This document shows positions 51,042-62,734 of a DNA stretch of 64,000 nt, in pieces (the first letter of the stretch is position 1; every line of letters begins with the position of its first letter). The notes below the pieces were generated by a model, which saw only the letters and a program-made list of their open reading frames with translations, did not search any database and was not told the origin of the DNA. The position numbers were made by a program, and so were the translations under genes. This DNA comes from Acaryochloridaceae cyanobacterium VAR_48_metabat_390 (GTDB taxonomy: Bacteria > Cyanobacteriota > Cyanobacteriia > Thermosynechococcales > Thermosynechococcaceae). The stretch is from the NCBI GenBank assembly GCA_031422435.1, contig JANPLU010000020.1, positions 1 through 64,000 on the forward strand, in the 5' to 3' direction.

Positions 51042-52769
51042 TTACCAAGTCACGCGAACGCCAATTTTCTCTAAAACCTTCGCCTTAACCCCTGGCACAC
51101 GCTTTAGATCTTCGAGTGCGCTAAACGGCTGCTGCGATCGCGCATCTATGATTCGTTGAGCCAGCTTAGCCCCTACTCCCGGAAGGCTTTCAAGTTCTTT
51201 GCGAGAGGCCGTATTAAGGTTGATCCGCCCAGTGTTTGCGCTTGGGGTCGGAGATTGAGAAACCGAAGCTGTCCCGCAGGTTTGCTCCATCGTCTGCCAA
51301 GCGGAGCGAACCCTTTCAGGCAGACCTAAGCGGCTATTTGCCCAGAGCCTGTCATACTCGCGTTCGTAGTGGGCGGCAACGGTTGGGCTTTCAATCACTA
51401 GAAGGGTTTCGTCGTTATTGCGATCAGCAGCCTCTGTCCAGTTATGAGAACCCACAATGACGGTTGTTGCATCAACCACACCATACTTATGATGCAAAAG
51501 GTCGCCAGGGGGTAGTTTAGGAATGCCTACGGTTTGAATGGGGCGCGACCAAGGACGATTGTTAAGCTCAGTGCGACAAGGTTTCGGGATACTGTTTTGG
51601 TCAGAATTGTTGTCTTGTTGTGCTTCTGAAGAATCAGTTGAGTTTCGAGTACGCGTAGGAAGTGCTGCCCCCAACAAATCGAGGGCTTCGCTGTAGTACT
51701 GAAAAATAAACGATGGCTCAACTAGCACACGCACAGCAGCGCCCTTCTGGGCAGCAGTTTCGAGCTGATCGGCAATTTGCTGAGATGAGAAGACGAATAG
51801 TGCCAGGTCAATCTTTTTACGTCCCTGAGTCAAGGTTTTACCAATTAAGCCATTGGAGCTAAATTCCCAGGGCATCTCTGCGGGGGTGGGCGAAAACTTA
51901 ACCTGCACCACGGCATCGCCGACGTTAATCGCTTGGGCAGGGCGGAAGGGTTTCTTGACTCCAAACAGGCTGTCTGCTTTTGCGCCAGGGCCATCACCCC
52001 AGAGAAGATTGAATTCTTCGGTGAAGAGATTGGCGATCGCCCCATTCTGTATCTGCACCAAAGAATTTGCATTGCCCAAACTCTGTTGAGGCGAAAAGTC
52101 GCCGTGCATATCAGACATGGTGAAGTTGGCAGAGGTCACAATTACCTGCTGACCGTCTACCACCACAAACTTATGGTGCATCAGCCCACTCCCTGCGGAG
52201 CCATCGGCAGTATCGTCAATCCACGGGATACCAGCTTTGGCAATAATCACCAGCGCATCATAGCTGTCGATTTCATTGGCGCTGAGCTGCCCATCACCGT
52301 CGCGGTCAATAAGCCGGATATTTTGGCGGTAGCGCTCTTGTTGGTGCGCGTCCATTTGCTGCACCTCAACGGCAGGGATGCTGCTCAACGGACGGCTATA
52401 GGTATTTTCAAGCACAAGGCGAACGCGGACTCCAGCCGCAACGCGATCGCCTAAAGCTTTGGCAATCAAAGGCGATCGCAGTTCTTGCACTGCCACATCT
52501 ACACTCGTGCGCGCCTGCCCAATCTGATCGACGATAATCTGCTCTAAATTGTCTCCCAGTCGGGTTTGATTCCGGTAAGGCTCCTGGTAGCGGTTGAGGG
52601 GGTTGTGGTTGGTATAGACCTGAATGAAGGAATGTTGGGGGAGGGGCTGCGATCGCTGAGCATTAAGGCTGGGAGCTTGGCACCAGCGAAAAATCAGCGC
52701 TAGCACAAGCCCAATCCCCAGCAGAAACAACCCACGCTGCAATTTCTGAAGGAAGCGATGCCGATTCAT
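51042..52769 (-). CDS. comA: Competence protein: phospholipase D-like nuclease domains plus ComEA helix-hairpin-helix
   Basis: Two HKD motifs (MHHKFVVVD, LHHKYGVVD); INLNTAS..ELESLPGVG.KLA.RII. Confidence 0.85.
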   Translation of the reverse strand: MNRHRFLQKLQRGLFLLGIGLVLALIFRWCQAPSLNAQRSQPLPQHSFIQVYTNHNPLNRYQEPYRNQTRLGDNLEQIIVDQIGQARTSVDVAVQELRSPLIAKALGDRVAAGVRVRLVLENTYSRPLSSIPAVEVQQMDAHQQERYRQNIRLIDRDGDGQLSANEIDSYDALVIIAKAGIPWIDDTADGSAGSGLMHHKFVVVDGQQVIVTSANFTMSDMHGDFSPQQSLGNANSLVQIQNGAIANLFTEEFNLLWGDGPGAKADSLFGVKKPFRPAQAINVGDAVVQVKFSPTPAEMPWEFSSNGLIGKTLTQGRKKIDLALFVFSSQQIADQLETAAQKGAAVRVLVEPSFIFQYYSEALDLLGAALPTRTRNSTDSSEAQQDNNSDQNSIPKPCRTELNNRPWSRPIQTVGIPKLPPGDLLHHKYGVVDATTVIVGSHNWTEAADRNNDETLLVIESPTVAAHYEREYDRLWANSRLGLPERVRSAWQTMEQTCGTASVSQSPTPSANTGRINLNTASRKELESLPGVGAKLAQRIIDARSQQPFSALEDLKRVPGVKAKVLEKIGVRVTW

Positions 52770-52848
52770 GGGTCAATCGTAAGTCAGGACAAGGCGCTTA
52801 GCCGTTATCCTAACAGGTCTATATAAAAGCGAAAGAGATCTTAAAGGG

Positions 52849-53079
52849 CTAATTAATGCACTCAAACTGCTGAGTCTTTAAGCAAACTTCTCCATGATCA
52901 GGCACCCAGGCCAACCATTCATCAAAGGCAACTTGGCACAGTAGAAGCGCTTCATCAAAACAGAACGCAGAGGGCAACTGCCGCAGCCGAACCCAAGTAT
53001 TGGCTTCAATTCTGGGGGCGCAGAGAATTTCTGTCGTGCGCTGATTAGCAGAAGAAGGCAAAGCAACTGCAAAACTCAT
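52849..53079 (-). CDS. Small conserved cyanobacterial hypothetical protein
   Basis: NTWVRL..LP..F.FDEALLLCQ....WLAWVPDHGE; GAGG RBS upstream. Confidence 0.75.
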   Translation of the reverse strand: MSFAVALPSSANQRTTEILCAPRIEANTWVRLRQLPSAFCFDEALLLCQVAFDEWLAWVPDHGEVCLKTQQFECIN

Positions 53080-53095
53080 AATTAGTCCTCAATTC

Positions 53096-53111
53096 TGTAT
53101 CTAATTATACA
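53096..53111. promoter_or_regulatory. Consensus NtcA-binding site overlapping a TATAAT -10 box
   Basis: TGTATCTAATTATACA = TGTA-N8-TACA; minus strand reads TGTATAATTAGATACA. Confidence 0.65.
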
Positions 53112-53259
53112 AAATGTGCAATTCTCTTCGCATTGATTGTCTTAGAACGTTACCAACATGCACAAAAGTCTCAACGTTAAACTGCGATCGCCGCCATCCG
53201 CTCAAAATACTGAAATCCCTTGCCACTTATACTGGTAGAGAAGTAATGCATGGGTCTCT

Positions 53260-54729
53260 ATGATTGCAACCGCACCAACTCGGCACTGGCAGCCTATTAT
53301 CCAGAAGCTAGAGACTATCGTGGGTCGCAACGGCATTATCAGCAGCCGTGAAGAGCGCTCGGTTTACGAATGCGATGGGCTAGCCAGCTATCGAGAATTG
53401 CCGGGTCTGGTGGTGCTGCCTCAAACCACCGAGCAGGTGGTTGAGATTGTGAAAGTTTGCGATCGCCACAATATCCCCTTCGTCGCGCGAGGCTCTGGCA
53501 CAGGGCTGTCGGGTGGTGCCATGCCGACAGAAGACTGTCTGCTCATTGTGACTGCCCGAATGAACTGCATTTTAGAAGTGGATTTTGAAAATCAGCGCGT
53601 TGTTGTACAGCCTGGAGTCATTAACGCATGGGTCACGCAGGCCGTCAGTGGCGAAGGGTTCTACTATGCCCCTGACCCTTCTAGCCAAATTATTTGCTCC
53701 ATTGGCGGCAACATTGCCGAAAATTCTGGTGGGGTTCACTGCCTGAAATACGGCGTAACCACCAATCACGTCTTGGGTATGAAAATAGTGCTGCCCGATG
53801 GTGAACTGATTGAGGTGGGCAGCAAAATTGCCGAAACCCCTGGCTATGACTTAACTGGACTGTTTGTTGGCTCAGAGGGCACTCTTGGTATTGCCACAGA
53901 AATTACCCTCAATATTACGAAAACCCCTGAAGTGGTTGAGGTATTGCTGGCAGATTTCACCAGTGTAGAAGCAGCGGGAACCACGGTGGCTGACATTATT
54001 GCCGCAGGCATTATCCCCGCAGGCATGGAAATTATGGACAAACTCAGCATCAACGCAGTGGAGGACGTGGTAGCAACCAACTGCTACCCCAGAGATGCAG
54101 AAGCTATTCTGCTCATTGAGTTAGATGGGCTAGCTGTGGAAGTAGCGGCCTGTAGCGATCGCGTCCAGGGCATCTGCCTCAAAAATGGCGCTCGTGCTGT
54201 CACCGCAGCCAAAGATTCAGAGGAGCGCCTTAAGTTCTGGAAAGGTCGCAAAGCCGCCTTTGCAGCCGCCGGAAAGCTTAGCCCTAACTACTTTGTGCAA
54301 GATGGCGTGATTCCGCGTACAAAGTTAGTCTCCGTGCTTCAGGAGATTGAGGCTTTAAGCACAAAGTTTGGGTACGCCATTGCAAACGTGTTCCATGCGG
54401 GAGATGGCAACCTACACCCGCTAATTTTGTACGATGAATCGGTGCCAGGTGCCTTTGAAAAGGTAGAGGAACTGGGCGGCGAAATTTTGAGACTGTGCGT
54501 GAGAGCAGGGGGCAGCATTTCTGGCGAACACGGTATTGGAGCCGATAAGCGCTGCTACATGCCGGATATGTTTTCTGCAGCAGATTTAGAAACCATGCAG
54601 TGGGTACGCGCTGCCTTTAACCCTAAAGAACTCGCAAACCCAGGCAAAGTGTTTCCCACTCCACGCACCTGTGGAGAAGCCGCCCACGCGCACCATCACG
54701 AAACTATTGAGGGTATAGACCTCTTTTAG
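53260..54729 (+). CDS. glcD: Glycolate oxidase FAD-linked subunit
   Basis: ARGSGTGLSGGA, APDPSSQ.ICSIGGN.AENSGG.HC.KYG, FHAGDGNLHP, GEHGIG. Confidence 0.92.
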   Translation: MIATAPTRHWQPIIQKLETIVGRNGIISSREERSVYECDGLASYRELPGLVVLPQTTEQVVEIVKVCDRHNIPFVARGSGTGLSGGAMPTEDCLLIVTARMNCILEVDFENQRVVVQPGVINAWVTQAVSGEGFYYAPDPSSQIICSIGGNIAENSGGVHCLKYGVTTNHVLGMKIVLPDGELIEVGSKIAETPGYDLTGLFVGSEGTLGIATEITLNITKTPEVVEVLLADFTSVEAAGTTVADIIAAGIIPAGMEIMDKLSINAVEDVVATNCYPRDAEAILLIELDGLAVEVAACSDRVQGICLKNGARAVTAAKDSEERLKFWKGRKAAFAAAGKLSPNYFVQDGVIPRTKLVSVLQEIEALSTKFGYAIANVFHAGDGNLHPLILYDESVPGAFEKVEELGGEILRLCVRAGGSISGEHGIGADKRCYMPDMFSAADLETMQWVRAAFNPKELANPGKVFPTPRTCGEAAHAHHHETIEGIDLF

Positions 54730-54809
54730 CTCGTGTTCACTCTCTAAATTTCCTACACACATTTTCCCTATCGGTTTACGTTTTAGCCAGGACGGCTGCT
54801 GCTGTTCAC

Positions 54810-55874
54810 CTAAGCGATCGCACTCAGCTCTGGCCAGCGACCCATCGCACGACCAAACACAGACAGTTCTTTCATAAGCTGATCAAACTGATCTGGTGTA
54901 AGAGACTGCGGCCCATCGGACAATGCTTTGGAGGGATTGGGGTGAACTTCAATCATGAGGGAATCGGTTCCGGCGGCGATCGATGCCTTTGCCATAGACG
55001 GCACATAGCTAGACCACCCTGTCCCGTGGCTGGGGTCAATCATGATAGGCAGATGGGTGAGGGTTCGCAGGACAGGAATCACCGCGAGGTCAATGGTGTT
55101 ACGGAGATACTGACGGTCAAAGGTGCGGATGCCCCGCTCACATAGAATGACGTTGGTGTTGCCCTCAGACATGACGTATTCTGCTGCCATCAGCCAGTCG
55201 TCAATGGTCGCTGCCATCCCACGCTTGAGCAGTACGGGCTTATCTTGGGCACCTACCCGCTTGAGGAGCGAAAAGTTTTGCATGTTGCGCGCACCCACCT
55301 GCACTACATCGGCGACTGCCGCAATTTTATCGAGGTCAGCCGCATCCATTACTTCGGTAATAATGCCCAGCCCAGAGGCTTCGCGGGCAGCGGCTAATAG
55401 CTCTAGCCCACTTTCGCCATGGCCTTGAAAATCGTAGGGAGACGTGCGTGGCTTGTAGGCTCCGCCTCTTAAAAACGAAGCGCCTGCTGCCTTTACTCGC
55501 AGCGCTGTTTCAATAATCATCGCTTCGTTTTCTACCGAGCAAGGACCAGCGACCACCACCAGCGGATGATGTTCGCCGATGGTAATGACCCCATTTGGGG
55601 TGGGCACTTTAACTTCACTGGCTTCGCCGTGGTGGAACTCACGGCTAACGCGCTTAAAGGGTTTTTCGACGCGCAATACTTTCTCAATCCAGGGGCTTGC
55701 ATCTTGGATGGCATCTGGATCTAGAGATCGCGTTTCGCCAACTAGTCCAATGACCACCTTATGACTGCCCACAATCTTTTCTGGCGTAAACCCTCGGCTG
55801 ATCATCTCTTGACAAAGGCGCTCAATCTCTTCAGTGGGGGCACCAGTTTTCATGGCTATGATCATTGAGTTCAT
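54810..55874 (-). CDS. aroF: DAHP synthase (type I-beta) with N-terminal regulatory domain
   Basis: AGPCSVE, RGGAYKPRTSPY.FQG, GARNMQN, CERGIRTF, DPSHG; real start MNSMIIAMK, not the ORF-track start. Confidence 0.93.
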   Translation of the reverse strand: MNSMIIAMKTGAPTEEIERLCQEMISRGFTPEKIVGSHKVVIGLVGETRSLDPDAIQDASPWIEKVLRVEKPFKRVSREFHHGEASEVKVPTPNGVITIGEHHPLVVVAGPCSVENEAMIIETALRVKAAGASFLRGGAYKPRTSPYDFQGHGESGLELLAAAREASGLGIITEVMDAADLDKIAAVADVVQVGARNMQNFSLLKRVGAQDKPVLLKRGMAATIDDWLMAAEYVMSEGNTNVILCERGIRTFDRQYLRNTIDLAVIPVLRTLTHLPIMIDPSHGTGWSSYVPSMAKASIAAGTDSLMIEVHPNPSKALSDGPQSLTPDQFDQLMKELSVFGRAMGRWPELSAIA

Positions 55875-55998
55875 CCTTTTGTAATTCGTCAGCGTCTCAA
55901 AGACACAAGTTTTGAAAGGTATCTGTATCCTATTTCTTATAATAGTGTTCTCATCTAAATCTGATGGGCAATTTCTGCTTAACTCAAATAAAACTGCC

Positions 55999-56610
55999 GT
56001 GCCTGCTTCTGCTACCACCGCCACTCTACCTACCATCAAATTCCTCAAACAGCCTACGTCTCAAGCCTGGATAGATCAGGCGATCGCCCATCTTGACATC
56101 ATCTTGTTAGACCACTCCCACTGCGAACGTAAAGCGGTGGGGGTTGCCCTCAACCTGATGTTTCGTTACCCAGCTCACGCAAAACTGGTGCGGCAGCTTA
56201 CGGCGATCGCCCAAGAAGAACTAGAGCATTTTGAATTAGTCAACCAATGGCTAGAACAGCGCAAGATTGCAATGGCGGCACTCCCCGCACCACCCTACGG
56301 CGCCAGTCTCAACGCTCACATCCGCCGAGCAGAACCAGACCGACTGATGGATACGCTGTTAGTTTCAGCACTCATTGAAGCCCGTAGCCACGAACGCTTA
56401 GGGTTATTGGCGCAGCACTGCCCTGATGCTGATCTGGCAAAGTTTTACCACGCGCTGATGGCTTCAGAAGCTAGACATTACGGCATTTACTGGGTGTTAG
56501 CCAATACCTACTGCAATCCGTCTGCCGTGATGATCCGCTTAGAAGCCCTTTCGGTACTTGAGAGCGACATTCTAGCCACCCTTCATCCTGAGCCACGGAT
56601 TCATAGTTGA
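55999..56610 (+). CDS. miaE: tRNA-(ms2io6A) hydroxylase
   Basis: DHSHCERKA, EELEHF, IEARSHERL, SEARHY, PRIHS; likely GTG start at 55999. Confidence 0.9.
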   Translation: MPASATTATLPTIKFLKQPTSQAWIDQAIAHLDIILLDHSHCERKAVGVALNLMFRYPAHAKLVRQLTAIAQEELEHFELVNQWLEQRKIAMAALPAPPYGASLNAHIRRAEPDRLMDTLLVSALIEARSHERLGLLAQHCPDADLAKFYHALMASEARHYGIYWVLANTYCNPSAVMIRLEALSVLESDILATLHPEPRIHS

Positions 56611-57104
56611 TGCACAGCATTTTTAGGCACTACACCCTTCGAGACTGGGAACCCCGCGATCGCCACCCCGCTGCAACGGTCATTGCAGCCGTATTAGAAG
56701 AGTATGGGTTGGGCTGGGATCCTGAAGGCGCAGACCGAGACGTATTGGCAGTCGAAGCCTGCTATCTCGAAGCGGGAGGAGAATTTTGGGTGATTGAAAA
56801 AAGTGGGGAAATCGTGGGCACAGGCGCCTACTACCCCATTTCTCGAGGTAACAACGCCGTAGAAATTCGCAAGATGTATTTACTGCCGACATCGCGAGGG
56901 CAAGGCTTAGGACATTTTTTATTGCAGCAGCTAGAAGGGGCGATCGCCGCCCGTCACTACCGCGAAATCTGGATCGAAACCGCCTCCGTTTTAGCCGAAG
57001 CCGTTCAGCTCTACGAACGTAATGGCTATAGCCCAGCGACAGGGGTTGAAACTGCTCGATGCGATCGCGTTTACTGCAAAGTGCTACATAGCATTCCTGA
57101 GTAA
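56607..57104 (+). CDS. GNAT N-acetyltransferase
   Basis: EIRKMYLLP..RGQGLG, IETASVL.EAV.LYE. Confidence 0.9.
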   Translation: MMHSIFRHYTLRDWEPRDRHPAATVIAAVLEEYGLGWDPEGADRDVLAVEACYLEAGGEFWVIEKSGEIVGTGAYYPISRGNNAVEIRKMYLLPTSRGQGLGHFLLQQLEGAIAARHYREIWIETASVLAEAVQLYERNGYSPATGVETARCDRVYCKVLHSIPE

Positions 57105-57458
57105 TGGTGGGTACCGCCCCAGGGAGCCAGAAGCTCAACCTACTGCTGCTAAATTTTGGCTGCCATAGTGCCCATCATGAGTTAATAAAGTGTCTTTGGC
57201 ATAGTCTTTAGGAGTGAGATCACGAACGCTACACAGGGCAAGAAGTTTACTACATCACCTTGCCAGAGCGACTGTCAAACTATCACCGCCTTCGGGTTTT
57301 CTGCATTTTTTAGGTCAAGGTCAGGTTGTGAATGAGGCAGATGTGTCCTAGCGAGACACGTTTTATAGTGGAACAGAAGTTTCCTTTCTGGGACTGACCT
57401 CTTAAGAGAAGGAGAAAACGATTTTGATAACTCCTAGCCCTTTAAAATTCAATCTTTT

Positions 57459-58361
57459 GTGACTCAACTAAAACCGATATTGAAATCAAGCCCTGCCTCG
57501 CTAGGGGTTGTTTTTGCGATCGCCACGGCATTCTGCTTTGGGCTAAGTACGCCTCTCGCAAAATATTTCTTAAGTGAGGTTCAGCCCTGGACTTTAGCTG
57601 GATTGATGTATTTGGGTGGTGGGTTAGGTCTCATTCCAATCTATTTTGTACGGAACCGCATTCAACGTTCTACTGACTCTCTGAGACGAGAAGACTGGCC
57701 GATTTTACTGGGGTCAATGGTGGCAGGGGGCATGGCTGCTCCTATTTTGCTAATGACGGGTCTAGAGCATACTTCAGCTTCGGTGGCGTCCTTACTCTTA
57801 AACTTTGAGAGCGTTTTTACGGCGTTGGTGGCTTGGACTATCTTTAAAGAAGCTTGGCATTGGCAAGTGCTAGTCGGCATTCTGGTCATTACGACAGGCG
57901 GTATTCTCGTCTCCCATTCGGGTCAATCCTCCGTCGCTCTATCCTGGGGCGCACTGGCAATTTTAGGAACCTGCCTTGCTTGGGCGGTTGACAGTAACTT
58001 CACGGCACAAATATCCCATCGAGACCCCCTTGAGGTGGCAATCTTCAAAAGTGGCGGTGCGGGGTTGCTCAATACGGTGATCGCTTGGCTTATGGGGCAA
58101 CCCTGGCCTCCAATGCCAGTTCTATGGCAGATCTTGGGTGCGGGGTTTGTGGGCTATGGCCTAACCTACTGCTCTTTTGTAATGGCTTTACGAAATATTG
58201 GCGCATCCCGGACGGGCGCTTTTTTTGCGTTGTCTCCTTTGGTAGGGGTGGCGATCGCCATTCTATTTTTAGAAGAGCCGCTGACGACCGCAATCGTTAT
58301 TGCTGCGGGACTAATGACCATTGGAGCAACCCTATGTGCTTTAGCACCCGCACAGGGGTAG
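57459..58361 (+). CDS. DMT/EamA family transporter
   Basis: About 10 TM helices in two repeats; SLLLNFESVFTA, LRNIGASRTGAFF. Confidence 0.9.
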   Translation: MTQLKPILKSSPASLGVVFAIATAFCFGLSTPLAKYFLSEVQPWTLAGLMYLGGGLGLIPIYFVRNRIQRSTDSLRREDWPILLGSMVAGGMAAPILLMTGLEHTSASVASLLLNFESVFTALVAWTIFKEAWHWQVLVGILVITTGGILVSHSGQSSVALSWGALAILGTCLAWAVDSNFTAQISHRDPLEVAIFKSGGAGLLNTVIAWLMGQPWPPMPVLWQILGAGFVGYGLTYCSFVMALRNIGASRTGAFFALSPLVGVAIAILFLEEPLTTAIVIAAGLMTIGATLCALAPAQG

Positions 58362-58591
58362 CTCAAAGTAGGGCGTCAATAGCTAGAGATAACGTAGACC
58401 ATCCCTACGGTAAGGGCGTAGCGGACTCACTGCTGATCGCGATCTCAATAGGTGATCGCGGCCTTGTGCTCACGGCTGTTTGCCTCTATCGCAGAATCGC
58501 TAACATCTCCTGTCTTAAAGCCGCAGACAACCCGATACTATTAGAAAATCAGCAGCAGCTTGCCCATTCGTTGCATCGGAGAACAGCGTAG

Positions 58592-60226
<1,635 letters not shown>

Positions 60227-60259
60227 TCCGCTCAACTAAGCGAGCCATGCGTGGCATTT

Positions 60260-60325
60260 GTAGGGGCAGGTTTCGTTAAAGCCATAGAGGTCACATCCCA
60301 AAAGCTTTTGCAAAGCCTGCCCTTC
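60260..60325. repeat. REP-like imperfect inverted repeat
   Basis: GTAGGGGCAGGTTT ... AAGCCTGCCCTTC between convergent genes. Confidence 0.5.
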
Positions 60326-60330
60326 TTGTC

Positions 60331-61209
60331 TTATGACCAAGCACAAAGCGTAATAATTGTGACCTCTGGAGGACAGAAAAACCGTCCAGGTAGATGGGTT
60401 CCCAAGCCTCGATTCACATACAGCAAATTTTCGCCTACCCGATGTAGACCCTGCGCCCAGTCCCAGTTTTGAACCACCTTATCGCAGTTTTTGGTCAAAG
60501 GCTTCATCCATCGCCTGACAGACGGACTGCTGCGCTTTCGGATCTGTTTTAGACCCGTCACCATTGGTCCAAAGCCTGGTAGAACAACCTCTCCGCCGTG
60601 GGTATGTCCAGAGAGCTGAAGGTCAACACGCCACTGTTTCAATGGTTTGGCGCTGTCAGGGTTATGGGAAAGCACAATGCGCGGGGTTTGCTTGGGCACC
60701 TGATCCATCACAGGCTTCGGGTTAAAGCGCGGCGACCAGTAATCTCGTAAGCCGACGAGAGCAAGCCCCGCGCCAAAGGGGTAAATCGTCTCGTCCCACA
60801 GTACCCGAATGCCAACCTCGGTCATGGCGTGTGTGACCATTTTCTGTGAATGTGGCTGGCAGAGGTCGTGGTTGCCCAGAATTGCGTAGCAACCCCACTC
60901 ACTTTTGAGCGCTTTAAGATGCTGGGCGAGGGGATAAATGGGGCGAGGGTCGTCTGTAACATAGTCGCCTGTCAAAAATATGGCATCTGGATGAGCTGCA
61001 TTGGTAACGGCGATCGCCTCTTCCAAAAGCCGTTCCGAGAGCCGCACCCCATCAAAATGAAAATCTGAAAGCTGTACAACGGTAAGTCCGTCAAGTCCAG
61101 TCGGCAACCCTCGGATGGGAACCTTAACCCGCTCTACGCTCAGCGGCCCAGCGATTCGATCCATTAATTTCAGTTCTCCTGCCCAAGTGAGCAACGGCTG
61201 CGTCTTCAT
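60331..61209 (-). CDS. Calcineurin-like metallophosphoesterase (YkuE-like)
   Basis: SDFH, GDYV, GNHD, LSHNPD, SGHTHGG, YVNRGLG. Confidence 0.92.
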   Translation of the reverse strand: MKTQPLLTWAGELKLMDRIAGPLSVERVKVPIRGLPTGLDGLTVVQLSDFHFDGVRLSERLLEEAIAVTNAAHPDAIFLTGDYVTDDPRPIYPLAQHLKALKSEWGCYAILGNHDLCQPHSQKMVTHAMTEVGIRVLWDETIYPFGAGLALVGLRDYWSPRFNPKPVMDQVPKQTPRIVLSHNPDSAKPLKQWRVDLQLSGHTHGGEVVLPGFGPMVTGLKQIRKRSSPSVRRWMKPLTKNCDKVVQNWDWAQGLHRVGENLLYVNRGLGTHLPGRFFCPPEVTIITLCAWS

Positions 61210-61391
61210 ACAGCCCATAAAAGCTCTATTGAACTGGACAAAGGTTATGACAGCGTGAAGCGGCGTTTATGGATCGTCAGCTTTGAATGTTTTTATTAGT
61301 GTCAGTTTTGTTTGGATGTTGATCGGGTATACCGAAGTCCATCTTTCACATAGGCTACAATAGAGCATTACATATCTTGGAATTCTCAAAC

Positions 61392-61703
61392 ATGTCAATT
61401 TACGTTGGTAATCTCTCCTATGAGGTTACGCAAGAAGACCTCACCACTACTTTTGCTGAATACGGCTCCGTCAAAAGAGTCCAGCTCCCTACCGACCGCG
61501 AAACCGGTCGGCTACGTGGGTTCGCCTTTGTCGAAATGGGCAGCGACGCTGAAGAAGAAAAGGCGATCGCCGAACTCGACGGCGCTGAGTGGATGGGTCG
61601 CAGCCTGAAAGTCAATAAGGCTAAGCCCCGTGAAGATAACCGAGGCGGCGGCGGTGGCGGCGGCAGCTTTGGCGGCGGCGGTGGTGGCGGCCGACGATAC
61701 TAA
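61392..61703 (+). CDS. rbp: RRM RNA-binding protein with Gly-rich tail (Rbp family)
   Basis: MSIYVGNLSY, RGFAFVEM, WMGRSLKVNKAKPR, poly-Gly tail. Confidence 0.95.
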   Translation: MSIYVGNLSYEVTQEDLTTTFAEYGSVKRVQLPTDRETGRLRGFAFVEMGSDAEEEKAIAELDGAEWMGRSLKVNKAKPREDNRGGGGGGGSFGGGGGGGRRY

Positions 61704-61718
61704 GCCCTAAGCTTTTGT

Positions 61719-61774
61719 AAAAAAGGGCGATCGCACTGTTTCAGTTAGTATCTGGCAGTGCGCTCGCTCTTTTT
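61719..61774. terminator. Hairpin between convergent rbp and hisB
   Basis: AAAAAGGGCGATCGCACTG ... CAGTGCGCTCGCTCTTTTT imperfect stem with A and T tracts. Confidence 0.65.
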
Positions 61775-61839
61775 GTATCATCTTTTCCCGCAATCTATTG
61801 AAGAATGCACCTTGCACCTCAGCTCAATTTATCCAAGCT

Positions 61840-62469
61840 TCACAAAATGCCCTTAGAGCTTGGGATTTCATGCTGGCGACGCGGATCAATTTCAACTGCC
61901 ATGCGAACCGATCTCGCAAACGCCTTAAACGTCGCTTCAATAATGTGGTGAGAGTTGATGCCGTCGAGCTGACGGATGTGAAGCGTCATCTGGCTGTGGT
62001 TCACAATCGCCACAAAAAACTCCCGCACCAACTGCGTATCATAGGTGCCCACCCGCTGCGTCGGGATCTCTAGCCCATAGCTCAGATGCGGACGACCCGA
62101 AAAATCGAGCGCCACCTGTACCAAAGACTCATCCAATGGCGCAACAAAGTGACCAAAGCGCTGAATGCCCTTGCGATCGCCCAATGCCCTTGCGATCGCC
62201 TGCCCTAGGGTAATGCCCACATCTTCATTGGTGTGATGGTCATCAATATGCACATCCCCCGTCGCCTGCACCGATAAATCCAGCAGTCCATGAGCCGTAA
62301 TTTGATCCAGCATGTGATCTAAAAACGGAACACCCGTATGGTTATTTGCTTTCCCCGTGCCGTCTAGGTTGATCGACACCGAAACGTCGGTTTCATTGGT
62401 TGCACGACGCACCGAAGCAGTTCGACCAGACGCAACGGAAAAAGCAATGGGGTTCTCTTGGGTTTGCAT
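61840..62469 (-). CDS. hisB: Imidazoleglycerol-phosphate dehydratase
   Basis: [32 protein letters not shown]; start uncertain (62469-62514). Confidence 0.96.
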   Translation of the reverse strand: MQTQENPIAFSVASGRTASVRRATNETDVSVSINLDGTGKANNHTGVPFLDHMLDQITAHGLLDLSVQATGDVHIDDHHTNEDVGITLGQAIARALGDRKGIQRFGHFVAPLDESLVQVALDFSGRPHLSYGLEIPTQRVGTYDTQLVREFFVAIVNHSQMTLHIRQLDGINSHHIIEATFKAFARSVRMAVEIDPRRQHEIPSSKGIL

Positions 62470-62619
62470 GGTGTTGAGCAGCATAGTGACAATACTGGCT
62501 TTATTATCCTGCAAAAAAGACGGCGATCGCTTTGGCTCTAGAGAGAACGCTCAAACTGTCGCTCAAGATTGTGGGTTAAATAACTTAGAGAAGTGGAGAG
62601 AAGTTATCCACCTTGCACA

Positions 62620-62704
62620 CCCTCATCTCCTAAACCCTTGTCCCGCAGCGGAAGGAGGATCAGACTTTTTCTCCCTCTCTCTGGGGAGAGGGTTGGGGTG
62701 AGGG
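62620..62704. repeat. CCCTCACCCC...GGGGTGAGGG cyanobacterial repeat; half copy near 2487-2510
   Basis: CCCTCATCTCCTAAACCCTTG ... GGGAGAGGGTTGGGGTGAGGG imperfect inverted repeat. Confidence 0.55.
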
Positions 62705-62734
62705 GCAAACGTTGAGGTTATTTAATCCATAATC

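Noticed and set aside
55875..56048. Apparent overlap of long aroF and miaE N-termini
   Set aside because: Artefact of longest-ORF start choice; conserved regions begin at about 55874 and 55999.
58085..58591. 168-aa ORF overlapping the DMT transporter and ending at the pgm start
   Set aside because: Alternative-frame overlap with no protein-like motifs.
61643..61692. GGC tandem repeats
   Set aside because: Encode the normal Gly-rich tail of Rbp proteins.
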